This document shows positions 24,060 through 35,492 of a stretch of 64,000 bases of DNA, one piece after another. This DNA is from Blasia pusilla (lineage: Eukaryota): positions 36,456,001 to 36,520,000 of the forward strand of contig CM114271.1 in the NCBI GenBank assembly GCA_050084515.1, given 5' to 3'. Position 1 is the stretch's first letter. Each line of letters begins with the position of its first letter. A program made the position numbers and the translations under genes. The notes beneath the pieces are model-generated. The model was given only the letters and a program-made list of their open reading frames with translations. It was not told where the DNA came from and did not search any database.

Positions 24060-25420
24060 GGTTGTTTTGCCTTGAGATGAGAGACTTGGGTACGCTGTTG
24101 AAGGGTCCCGGGATACGGATTGAGTTGGCTAGTGATACGCCGATCTTTCCTCGACCCTACAGGTATTCTGATATGGAACGAGCCTTGATTTACAGCAGGA
24201 GTCAGGACTTGTTGGAGGGAGGACTTGTGGAGTTATCACATGGGGAATATGCATCCGCGCAGTCATGTCGGCAAAGAAAGGATATGTATGGCAATTGGAC
24301 GGATAGGCGGATGTGTGGAGATTACCGTCCTATCAAGCGATGACAAGGTCAGATCGGTATGCCATGCCTACTCTCGAGGAGATCTTTGATGCGGTAGGGC
24401 ATGCAAAGATCTTGATACTTTAGATCTCGTCTTTGGCTATCATCGCTTCCCTATCAGTTGGAGGACAGGAGAAGACAACGATTCAGGGGATAGATCGGTT
24501 CGGGAGAGATTGCTTGTATCGATGGCGGTTCTTACCATTTGGGTTGAAGAACGCGCTGCTGGAGTTTCAGAGTGATGGATAGGATTCTGGGTGGCTTGGA
24601 TTTTGTACAATGTTACATAGATGATATTCTTATCTTGATTCCACGGTTGAGGAGCATGAGCGACACTTGGAGGAGGTGTTTCGGCGATTGCGATTACATG
24701 GACTGAAGTTACATCCGGCAAGTGCACATTCTTTCAGGAGCAGATTGAGTACTTGGGACACACCATATACCCGAGTGGGTTAGGCGTTCAGTGACGAAGG
24801 TAGAGGCTATTGCAGATTCCACGCCCTCTGGATGTGAGTCGAGTCCGAGCATTTCTTGGACCGGCAAACTTCTATCGACGGTATGTCAAGGGTTTTAGTG
24901 CGATCGCAAAGTCTTTGACCTTGTTGATGAGACTTGATTAGGTGTGGTTGTGGGGAGATGATCAAGAGCGAGCATTTCAGAGTGAAGGACAAAGTTGACG
25001 TCCTCACCCATTTTACAAAGACCGTTAGGGTCGCCCATTCGATTACATACAGTTGGAGCATGTTGGGTCTAGGAGCAAGTGCTTACTCGGAGGGATGACA
25101 AGGAGAGGGAGTTTGTTGTGGCTTACGCGAGCGATCGAACAACATTGCAGAGGCAAAATGCACAGCTCCTACGAGGGAGAGTGCTTGGTGCGGTGTGGGC
25201 CGTGGCACATTTTAGGTGCTATTTATTCGGCAACCCTTTCACACTTATCACCGATCATCGGCCCGTTGAGGTGGTTGATGGAGTCCGACAAGCTTACGGA
25301 AAGCTTGCGGTGGGCTCTATTACTACAGGAGTATGAGTTTGAGGTGGTTCATAGGCCAGGTTGGCTGAACCAGGATGCGGATGGGTTGAGTCGTAACCCA
25401 TGTCCGAGTCAGAGAGACGT
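24060..25420 (+). pseudogene. Reverse transcriptase + RNase H of copy 1 (frameshifted)
   Basis: RPYRYSDMERALI, RMCGDYRPI, PFGLKN, CYIDDIL (~24612-24633), VVAYAS, SYEGEC, LITDH and DADGLSR. Confidence 0.9.
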
Positions 25421-25779
25421 CACGGGAGCTCGATGGCACGGAGAGAGTGATGAGGAGATGGTGTCTGGTTGGCATGCATCTGCCTATCTTTGTTGGTTGA
25501 CTATGGCAGGTCAGCCACAGATGATGACTCCAGTGGTGGGATTGGATGATGAGTCTTTGGATCCGGAGGTTGGTGAGGAGGCGACAGGTGATCGTGATAT
25601 CCATGACGACGTGGAGGTTGTGGAGTTCTTGCGCACTGGCGTCATTGCGAGCACAGTGAATGCTAGGGAGCGGGATCGGATCCTACAGAGAGCCAAGAGG
25701 TTCAGGTGGGAGGGGACTCACATTTTGCGGGTATGGGGAGATGGTAGGATACGAGTGGTACCTCATCCTTCCCAGCGAG

Positions 25780-27040
25780 CACGTGTAGTGCGACATGCCC
25801 ATGAGGAGTTGGGACATTTCGGAGTAAAGCGTACTTACAGCTTACTCCAGGTTCAATATTGGTGGGGCGGCATGCATACTGGGGTACAGCAGTTTGTGGC
25901 CAGATGTATGGTATGTGACAGAGTGCGAGCATCCTTCAATGCTCCCACTCCACGGTTACATCCTTTGCCGATTATGGGTTTAGGTTATCGGTGGAGTTTA
26001 GACTTTGCGGGACCTTTGCCATTGACAGGGCGTCATCATAGGTACGTGTTGGTCATGGTGGAGCATTTCTCCTTGTGGATAGAGTTGGTGGCACTACCAG
26101 ACAAGGCGAGCAAGGGAACAGCTTATGCGTTTCTAGATTGTGTGCTTAGTCACTTTGGTGCACCGGCGGAGGTGTTGACTGACCAGGGTACCGAGTTCAG
26201 GGGAGAGTTTTAGGCCTTGTGTGATCAGGCGCTGATATATCACCGCACCACGTCCAGGGATCATCCTAAGGCGGATGGATTGGCGGAGAGAGTGGTACAG
26301 ACGGTGAAGAGAGGATTGCGCAAGTATGGCTTGCAGCGGGGACAGTTGAGGGAGTGGGACCTACAGTTGCCATGGTTGGCTATGGGTTATTGCTTTAGTT
26401 GGGAGGCATCCTTGGCGTCATTTTCACCGTAAGTTTTGCTCTTTGGGAGAGAGCCAGATTTACCTGCAGCGATTCGACGTGACATGGCGGAGGTGTTAGA
26501 TCTTGATGATCCAGATGTGTGGGTGCAAGCATGTTCTCAGAGGGCAGAAGTTTTTTCGTAGAGTTATGCCTATGGCCTTTGAGAACTTAGCTATTGCCCA
26601 GCATAGAGATACATTGAGGTACGCGACCATTCGTGGAGGAGGTTATAGTCCAGGGATTAGGAGGTTTCATCCTGGAGATTACGTGTATTTACAGCAGGCG
26701 GCACTCACGACGCTAGATGTCACTGTAGGGCGCACGATCCTACGTGTGCGCGAGGTATTACCGACCGGAGTCCTCATGTTGGAGGGACGAGATGGTATGG
26801 TTTGGAAGGATCATGTGTGCAATTGTGCGCCATGTCATCTTCCGAACGTAGATGGGATGGTGGATCCGAGCTTGGTAGTGGTACCTGCAGGCTTGAGGTG
26901 TATGTTGTGCGGATTTGCGAGGGGTGCAGCCACCATGTTGGTATGTGATGGTTGTTCTCGAGGGTGGCATATGTCATGTCTGACCCCCCCCCTCTTGATG
27001 TGGTTCCCACGGAACCATGGATGTGTCCGAGATGTGTATA
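25780..27040 (+). pseudogene. DDE integrase followed by C-terminal PHD finger (copy 1)
   Basis: HHCC zinc domain (HEELGH...CMVC), core WSLDFAGP / VLTDQGTEF / GLAERVVQTVK, then PHD CMLC...LVCDGCSRGWHMSCLTPPL...WMCPRC. A few in-frame stops. Confidence 0.92.
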
Positions 27041-27106
27041 GGGTAGTAGGTCATGTTAGAGAGATGTGATATTTTCTATCTGGAGTTAGGAGGATCCAAC
27101 TGCCAG

Positions 27107-27117
27107 CTAGGGGGGCG
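27107..27117 (+). other. G-rich polypurine-tract-like motif immediately before B1
   Basis: CTAGGGGGGCG directly precedes B1. The same TAGGGGGGCG motif precedes B1 in copy 2 (59082-59091, -). Confidence 0.7.
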
Positions 27118-27255
27118 GTTGTGTGATCTCCATGTATATGTATGAGTTGATTTTTGTACATGTGTGGATCGACCCGTGTGTGGGGAAGATCGGTGTTGTG
27201 TGGTGTAGATGTGACAAGCGATGTATGTTGTGTAGCGATATGTATGCGCACGACA
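27118..27255 (+). repeat. Repeat B1 (138 bp)
   Basis: Three mismatches versus 27735-27872 by eye. Ends CACGACA and is followed by GT and then TGTCAC (start of A2). Confidence 0.93.
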
Positions 27256-27257
27256 GT

Positions 27258-27734
27258 TGTCACATCTGAGTAGCCGATAGGCCGAGATCTATCGTGGATA
27301 GGGCGTAGGAGCCAGCGGACTATCTTGAGTGTAACTTTGTCCCATAGTGTCGGATGAGGTTGAAGATAGGTCCATTGTGTCAGGAACGTTGTTTCTGACG
27401 ACTTTCATGTTGAGGTCTTTTGGCCTTGGTGACTTGTTGACCGGGTCACGCCCCTGGTAACTGTGTGCGCAGCAGTTACCAAGGGAAGGGCTATTTTTAG
27501 GGGAAGAGCCTTTTGGCTCTTCCCAACCTATATAAGAGAGGAAGATGGCTTTCCTAAGCCATCTTTCTCATGTTGGGCCGTTGGAGCACCTCCCTTGTAT
27601 GTGTGTGAGCTAGGACTAGGGTGCTAGCGTCCGGATTCCTTGATACCACAGGATGGACGAGGCTCGATATGCCGATGTAGATTGAGGAGTGGAGTTTTAG
27701 GCCGGGTGTGCCGCTTTTACTACTCTTTATTTTT
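27258..27734 (+). repeat. Repeat A2 (~477 bp)
   Basis: Copy of 18216-18694. Confidence 0.93.
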
Positions 27735-27872
27735 GTTGTGTGATCTCCATGTATATGTATGAGTTTATTTTTGTACATGTGTGGATCGACCCGTGTGTGG
27801 GGAAGATCAGTGTTGTGTGGTGTAGATGTGACGAGCGATGTATGTTGTGTAGCGATATGTATGCGCACGACA
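27735..27872 (+). repeat. Terminal repeat B2 (138 bp)
   Basis: Copy of 27118-27255; ends CACGACA immediately before TSD AGTG. Confidence 0.93.
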
Positions 27873-29587
27873 AGTGGTAACTCAAATCCAAAATGTACAC
27901 ACAACTCTTATATATCCTTACATCTCCAACTTATGAGTCCTACTTGTCTAGAAGGCATGTGCAAGGGGTTCAAGATTTTCGTTGCACCAATAAGATTATT
28001 GTCTCTAAATTGATCTTGCAAAGCTATACAAACACTCTCGGCATAACTCTTCTGGAACAATAGAGCAGCTTCTAAATCCTTGCCTGTGTGATCCCTAATC
28101 ATGTCTATAGTATGGAACTTCCTGCCTCTAATTTCATACTGTAAGCGTCTGAGATAGCCACCTGGAGGTCCAAAGTCCGGTAGAATGTGGTAACCTGTTA
28201 CCTGTATCCTTTGAAAAAGTAGATGCATTCAAGTCATGAGTTTCCATCACAAAATTAAGTAGCAGCAATCTCACAGCTAACAATGCTGCCAATTGTACTT
28301 ACATCAACAGATTTGTACTCGAATTTCGTGCTTAAGTTAGCCAACATAGAAAGAATATCAGCCAAGAAGTACAATTGATAAATCATACTGAACGATCTTA
28401 ACTTGTTATATAAGTTTACAACATTCCCATCATCTTTTGAAGGGAAAATGTCCCTAAAGTAAGTTAAAACAGATTCTAGTGAATCACACAAAGTGGATAT
28501 AGCTTGCCATCGTGACAACCATCGGATCTTATGATATCTTTTAATGACTCTTTAGGAGTCATTCATCTTCTCTTGTAGAGAAACTAGAACAACTTTTCGT
28601 TTACATGACCTCTTGAAATACCCTGCTACAGCATTGAGAATAGAATTTTCTTCTATGGAAATGGATTTGCAATTACTTGCTTTAGCAACTGTGAGAGCTA
28701 CAAGGTATGTCCTATGAGCAACACAATGCACTGAAAGAATGAAGGGATTTACCTTTTGCTTCAATTGTGAAGCCATCCCATCTTGGCTCCCTACCATTGA
28801 GAAGTCTCCATCTACCCGAAACCTACCATTCTAGAAAAGTCTAGCCCCCCATCTTTAAGTTACTTTAACAAACTATTAGGGATAGCATTAGAACACTTAG
28901 ACTCGCAGCGAAGCAATCCTAAAAAAAAACACTCTGCTTGACCATCTTCTATGAAGGTTGCAAAGGCTAGCAAATGCCGTGTAACAGATATGTCAATAGA
29001 TGCATCAATCATTATTCCAAAGAATGGTGACGCCTGAACCCTAGCAAGGGCCCTTTTGAGCAGAACTTGACTTATACAAAAACACATCGCATTGCAACTT
29101 TTCTCATCATGGTAAAGATCTTTAGTGATAGGTGCATTCAGGGAAAGCATCAGCTTACAAATACCGGTGAACTTCGAGAGAGGCATGGCCTCCTTCGCAA
29201 AAAAATATGCACACCTAAATAAAGCTACCTCACATGTTCGATTGGATGTAGCAATAGCCTTGGCCATGGAAATTTTTTGCCTCCATTAGCTACCCAAGCT
29301 AACTTGATATGCTCATTGGACTTTGCATGATCAATGAAGGTAGACACCTTACAATTAATGGCACCCTCCCTAGCAAAGACATTCTTGCCTTTGCCTTTTC
29401 TACAGATATTACAATTAATTCTTCCAATCAAAGAATCGAAGGTGATCCAATCATACATGATGTACCAAACATCCCTCCAGGCTTCTCGATTTTTCACAGC
29501 TATGGATACATTGCTTCCTAATGTACTCTCCTCTTCCTTCTCATCAGATGATCTTGACAAAGCTATGATCTCTGGTAAAGCCTTGGG

Positions 29588-30623
29588 TGTCACAGGCCTA
29601 CTCTCCTTGAACGTTAATCTTTGATATTGCGGAAGTATGCATTCAGAAGGTCACGCTCTCAACATTGATCTGCATCCAAACACACACTTTGGTTAGTTGG
29701 TTCTTGATCAATCAGCGGGCTAAATTTCTGAGTTCTCGTCTCAATCTCTCATCAAGCTTAACCTTCCTAGTTTCGCGGCTTACAACACAGGCAAGTCTCG
29801 AAAGACTTGGGCCAGACATTCAAGTCGGTTCAAGAACCTCAAACGGCATTCCGTGCCTGGCTATTCCAACTGTCCGATGGACATCCAATGAGTCCCTAGC
29901 CAAGACTCACACAAAATGGATCACGGGTCAAAATCCAAGTGTGGCGTACAAAGTCCACTCCCTTGGATTACGTTTGGGTTTCGAGTGTTTCGAGTTCCAA
30001 CGCCAAACTCCTGTTCCATCCCGTGCCCTTGAGACGTCGTTTGGTGCTTAAAGTGGGGTTCTTATTCCAAGACATCTTGGAGAGACTCCCCCTTACGAGT
30101 ACTTCTGGCGATCTCCGGGGTCCCCCTAACTTTAGGGAAAGACAGTCAGGCCCCTCAAATTGACCCTCAACCCGATTGCTCTCTCGGTCGTTTTCGGCCA
30201 ATATCTCAGCCTGTACTTAAGTGTTTGCTGAGATCTTTGGTGCGTTGGAAGCATCAAGAGATAAGCTTTCCAACAGCGCCTTATTTTTTTCAAACTCATG
30301 TTGGGGCTAAATGTTATGGTCCAAATCACAGTCAACTTCCCCAAACACTAGTCATGTTCCAAATTAGTTCTCATCTCTTTCGCAACCAACCTTCCAAGAC
30401 TCAACTCATCTCAAGTCTTGGTTCGCATTTGGTCTAGGTTTCCTGGTTGTGACCACTAATGCATGAAACACACAACCCTATTACGCGTTTCGTCTCTTGG
30501 AATTTTCCAAGAGACCTTCCAAAAGCCTCTCCAAAGCGCGATCATTGTAGTGTGAGTCCACTTGAGTTTTGATGTTCCGCTTGGCGCCTATTTGGTGTTC
30601 ATTTGGTTATGAGGGTCACGACA
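29588..30623. mobile_element. Solo LTR (~1036 bp) inserted in the 5' end of hAT copy 3 transposase
   Basis: Ends are TGTCAC...GTCACGACA with 5-bp flanks TTGGG / TTCGG (one mismatch). Removing it restores the frame EVP|KALPEIIAL, homologous to GPRNDVPDIIAL in copy 2. Confidence 0.8.
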
Positions 30624-32638
30624 TTCGGGACCTCCTTGCATAATAATTCAATCATAGTTCTCTATCTTTTGGCCATTGCTACAAATGGATAAGATAAAAT
30701 GAGGATGGCAGGTTCGGGATTGGGAGCTTCTTGGAAAGTTTCGAGTTAGCAGGTCTCATGCGCATGTATAACTATACTACGCGCAAGATTACAGTTGTGA
30801 GGAAAGCATGTTACATGAATTTAGAACCATCCATCCCAAACTCGGTGCAAAGCCAAAGATAAGTAACCCTACAACCACGATTTGAAGAAAAACATTGAAA
30901 CCTACATGCAGCAACAGCAACAACCTGCCAATGTGAAATGAAATGGAAATCACAAGGCCTCAAGAGCAACAGACATGAAGGAGAGTTTAGGGTAAAATCG
31001 GGAGACAAGCTTCACAAAAGGAGCGAGAGTCAAGAGAGCATCCCAAAATCGCAATAGGGATAGTCGAAGTTCAAAGGGAAATGCAAAGCAGGAAGAAGCA
31101 TCATAATAACAAGAGGAGGCGATTATGTGGGGGGTTCAGGATGGTAGCGCAGGGTCCAATCGCATGTCAACGACTCATAAGAGGAGCAAAGGTAGCAAAA
31201 AAGGGACCCACGAGTCTCCAAGGGAGAGGTTAGGGTCACCACAGCTTCGGGCATCAAACATGAGAGACTAGCCCCACGGCAGCAACGCAATGTAAAATGG
31301 CATGACAAATACCAAAATTTCTTACCACAAGAGAGAGTTGAGCTCAATGAGTAAATGCACATTGAGGCAGATCTTTGAAGATGGGAGAACAAGGCAGAAC
31401 CCGAAAGACTTAACACTCTGAGAGTGTGAGGTTGCAAGAGGCGGGGAGACTCCCAACTCACCACTCCGCAATTGATTACAAAGTTCCAAATGTGGCAAAC
31501 TCGCGGATGGCTACGGATGAGTGGAAAATGCGAGTAGAGGTTGCGGACCGAGTGCGGAGTCCACATTCTAGACCCTGCATAAGAGAAAAAGATCCAAAAT
31601 CAAATGTCCCCTACATGTGAGGAGAAGAAGTCCAGAATCAAGACTCTGGAGAGTCGTATCAAAATAGCTCAATAGCTTTGGAAGCATCGTGCTACAATTG
31701 AGAGCTAATTCAGAAGAGAGTGCTACAACATTGCAGCAAGACTCGCAAGAGACTCAACATCAATAAGAGAACTACACAGCAATATAGGAGCCGATTAGGA
31801 ATTAGACTGTCGAAACAAAAGAAAAATGGAACCAACCAAACAATACGAGCAATACAAAGCTTGGAACTCAAGAGAACTACTCAACAATACGGGAGCCGAT
31901 TAAGAAGTGGACTATTGGAACAAAAACTAAATGCAGAGCCGCGAAACAACAAAAAAAAATATGAGCCACGCAACAAAAAAACAATATTGAGCAACAACAC
32001 GAGATTTAGGTGGCATGTTGGAATAATGGAACACAAAAATAATACGCGCTTCAACCATGGAACAGCAATACAAGGCCATGGGCTCCAAAGTTAGAACTCT
32101 AGAGTCTAGAGAGCCACCACCCGCGGGAGAAGGAGGATGCAAGGAGCATGGAGTCGAAGCGAATGCAACAATGAACCCAGGAGAGTCCCTCTAGGGGGGG
32201 CTCCGCCCTAGCCCCCTTGAGCTACCCCGCAACCCCACCTATCATCTAGCCCTCCGATCCACCATCGGACGGCGTATACTAATGCCAAAGTTGGGCCCTC
32301 ATGATTCTATAGCTAAGATTACGCCGTCCCCCTTGGCTGAAATCTATCTATTCATTCTCGGTTTTTTGGCTCCCCATTTAGGTGTCAGCCAATTTCCGTC
32401 AACCAGAAATTGCTAAACGCAAGAAAACCGGAACCCTCCCTTCTATACGTTTAGTTGTCGTTTCAACCGTCCGGTTCTAGTACTATTCCGGCATATGCGA
32501 GAAGCTCTTGTCAGATGTTGATTACACTCTTTCAGACATCGGAAACTCTGCCGAAGATTGTCATCTTGGGATGGAAATTTCAAAATTTTTCCTACTAGGG
32601 TTACTCGTAACCTCGGATATATCTCCCAATATATCTTG

Positions 32639-32718
32639 AAGCTTGAAAGATTCAAGATGTTTTTCCCACCCTAAACCTTGGTAAAGGGTGGGAAAAACAT
32701 CTTGAATCTTTCAAGCTT
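32639..32718. repeat. Perfect 34-bp inverted repeat with 12-nt loop
   Basis: AAGCTTGAAAGATTCAAGATGTTTTTCCCACCCT (32639-32672) and its exact reverse complement (32685-32718). Confidence 0.95.
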
Positions 32719-34359
32719 TGGGTAACTTCTCCTTTGGAGGACAACATCTTCTCAATGTAAGATATGGTTGGCAATCCCAAGCTAACCCCTTGGGAGGTTG
32801 AGAATTGTCCACCATGGCTTCCATACCTCTAGGATGCACTTTGTGTCCTTTCGATGAAGAGCATGAGATCACAAGGAAGGGTACAAAATGAAACCATTCC
32901 ACCACCATTTCTTTGGGCAACTAGTGGTTGAGCAATAGGTTCCATTCTTGTTTACTTTTTTTCTCACGTATTAACATTCTGACTGCTTTTCGACATATTG
33001 AATATTCACAAGTTGGTTCCATTATACGCTCTGATTGACAAGGAATAGGATGGCTACTCCATTCGATGTATGGTGAACATTCCCAATTGTACTTGGATAG
33101 ATATAGAGAGCTGCTTCTTGGAGGTCAAGAAACATTGTAAGAGTGTTTCTTCAAACCGTGGGACCTCATATATATTGGATCTCATGACTATAAGTGGTGC
33201 CATCAAAAGTGGCTTGGTACTTGGGGAGAAATATCCTAGCATTGAAGGGTGAAGATGTGCAAGGAGGCCAAGATGGCTCATGACATGGCATCCGAACTAC
33301 CTAAGGACATCTCCTCCACAAAGGCGTGTACCGAGTGAATAATTTCCCAACACTAGGTCGACTGAAAAAATCAATGGAATCTTTAACTCACCATTATAAA
33401 TAAGGTGTTTCTGTACTAGCTTCTTCAACCTGTTACTAGGTCTCGAAAGTTCATGTGGCCCTAGTATCTATTTAACGGAGAAACCCCACCGCGACCCCAA
33501 TATCTTTCCTCTCGACCAATCATAGCCCACTAGGTGGTGGAACCTTGTTGCGCTTTTGTCTTTGGTTCCCTACAACATATTGCATTGACAACTCCCGTGC
33601 CCAACTTTTGTTTGGAGCTTTGAATGTTGCGAAAAGATTCAAACTAGGAGTGAACTTTCTTAGATTCAAGAAATTCCCTTTTTGCAACAGCTTGGTATTA
33701 AAATAGCCTTTGTATATTGTAACCTTGATATGTGTTTTTAACTTGTTGATGAATGCTCTAACCTTGATGATGAATGTTGTAGAAATGAATTGAAGAGCAC
33801 GATTCTACCCAATTGGTGTTGCAGCATAATCTTATGAGGATCCAAGGGGAAATTGCAGCTGCAATAAAGGGGGTAATTGTGAGTACAAACAAGGCATGGA
33901 TATGGGAGTTACATCCACGACATTGACTTACTAAGTTTCAGCCAAATTGGGGGTGTGGCTACTCATTGCAAGAGCCCATGATTCTAGAGATTTGAAAATT
34001 CTCCTTTACGTCCTTTGTGCTCATTGTCCCTACTTCTTGTGCATTGAAATGACTAGAACAATTGGATATATTTATTTCAGAGGGTTTGAGATCTAGAGAG
34101 AATCACTGCGTCTCTTCAACAATCTCTTACCTACAGGGAATGAGAAATAAGTTTGGACAAGTGTTGAGCCATATATATACATATTTGGTCTACTTCCATC
34201 CCTCTGCTTGTCACTTCAACAACTTCTTGCATGTGTAGGTTCAGGGAATAACAAGCAAGTTTCTCACGAGCACCACAAAATCACTTGGGGGTGTGCCAAG
34301 GAAGAAAGCCAAGGAAGAAACCAAATATCTATGGAAATAGACCAAAAGGGGCAAACATA

Positions 34360-35492
34360 ATGACCAAGGATTTCTTCTCAACTAGCCTAGTGTATGATGA
34401 TACGGTTTTTAGATGAAAGTTTTGAATGAGATGATCTCTGTTCCTCCGCACACAAGATGAAGCTACCTTAAATGATATCTAGTTTTTCAGAGGAGATATG
34501 CCATTAGTTAGCTTGGATTGAGTACCTCTTCAAAGGTGGTGGTTGCCAGCCATATGTTGGCAACCACCACCTTTTAAGAGGTGTCGATGAGTATTGTCTT
34601 ATAGGAGATAGTAGTATCATAGTACAGTCAATCTTGCCTTGAAGAGATTTTGCAATGTGGCGATCTCCACGTTTGGAGCACACTTTTCCAAAAGTTTGTC
34701 AACATTTGACATTATAAAGAAACTAGTTGTGAATGAGGCTGAAGGTTTCTGAAGCATTTTGGGATACTTTGATTGTATGCACTAGACCAAGAAGAATCGT
34801 CCTTTTGCTTAGCAAGGGAAATTCCAAGATAAGCAAGAAAACCGCTCTATTATACTCGAAGCTGTAGTAGATCAGTCGCTGAGGTTTTGGCATGCTTTCT
34901 TTGGCTTGCTAGGATCAAACAATGGCATCAATGTCATTGATAGACCCCCTCTCTAATGATATGGATGCTCAATAAGATCACTCCTTAGTTGATAGATCCC
35001 CAACATGTTAAAAAGGTTTCAATTCTGTGCAACCTTATCATCTAAATGGTCATGAGTATTCCAAGTGTTATTTGCTAAGAGAATGGATGGTCTTGTTTTG
35101 TCCAAACTATTCATGAACTGCAAGGGGAAAAATTGCAATGTTTTTTCCAAAATGCAAGAGTCAACACATAAGGATGTAGAGCATGCATTTGGTGTGTTGC
35201 AAGCTAGATGGGCCATTGTGCATAACCCATGTGAGCCTCAGATGTGGGCTTTGGGACCAAGTAACAATACAGAAGGTGATGCATTGTTTTATCATCCTCT
35301 ACAGCATGATTGTGGAGGATAAAAGAATTAAGTAAATCCACCACTTGAGCAAGTCCTCATGTAGCACTTTTGGAGACTTTATACCTTCTAGGAGCTTATG
35401 AGAGGCACTAGCGATATTGAGGATAATGCTACCCACTACCAACTAAGGAGTGATCTTATTGAGCATCCATGGAGTCAGAGAAACTAGAGGTG
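34360..35492 (+). pseudogene. PIF/Pong-Harbinger DDE transposase remnant
   Basis: Degenerate FDCMH*..KN.P.A*QG, SIILEAVVDQSLRFWHAFFG..GSNNGINVIDR, KDVEHAFGVLQARWAIV and HYQLRSDLIEH motifs; many stops. Confidence 0.85.

Larger units (their letters stand above)
18216..27872 (+). mobile_element. Ty3/gypsy-type retrotransposon with split direct repeats, DNMT3-like domain and PHD finger (copy 1, complete, decayed ORF)
   Basis: Ends are TGTCAC...CACGACA, flanked by the 4-bp TSD AGTG (18212-18215 and 27873-27876). Internal domain order is gag, PR, C5-MTase, RT, RH, INT, PHD. Repeat order is A1-ORFs-B1-A2-B2. Confidence 0.92.
17745..30676 (-). pseudogene. hAT (ZNF862-like) transposase, copy 3, split by two retroelement insertions
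   Basis: The N-terminus MAKR*RTM..EVP (30676-30624) joins KALPEIIAL (<29588). The core spans 27877-29587 (GIMIDASID, HCVAH, RWLSRW). The C-terminus 17745-18215 (CERAFS) aligns gap-free with copy 2 once the insertions and one TSD copy are removed. Confidence 0.9.

Noticed and set aside
18216-27872. Classification as a DIRS/PAT/Ngaro tyrosine-recombinase element
   Set aside because: No R-H-R-Y recombinase ORF was seen; a clear protease, a DDE integrase and a TSD are present.
27118-27872. B-A-B end as a nested insertion or chance duplication
   Set aside because: There are no TSDs around the internal repeats, and the same layout with an identical 2-nt junction spacing recurs in the diverged second copy.
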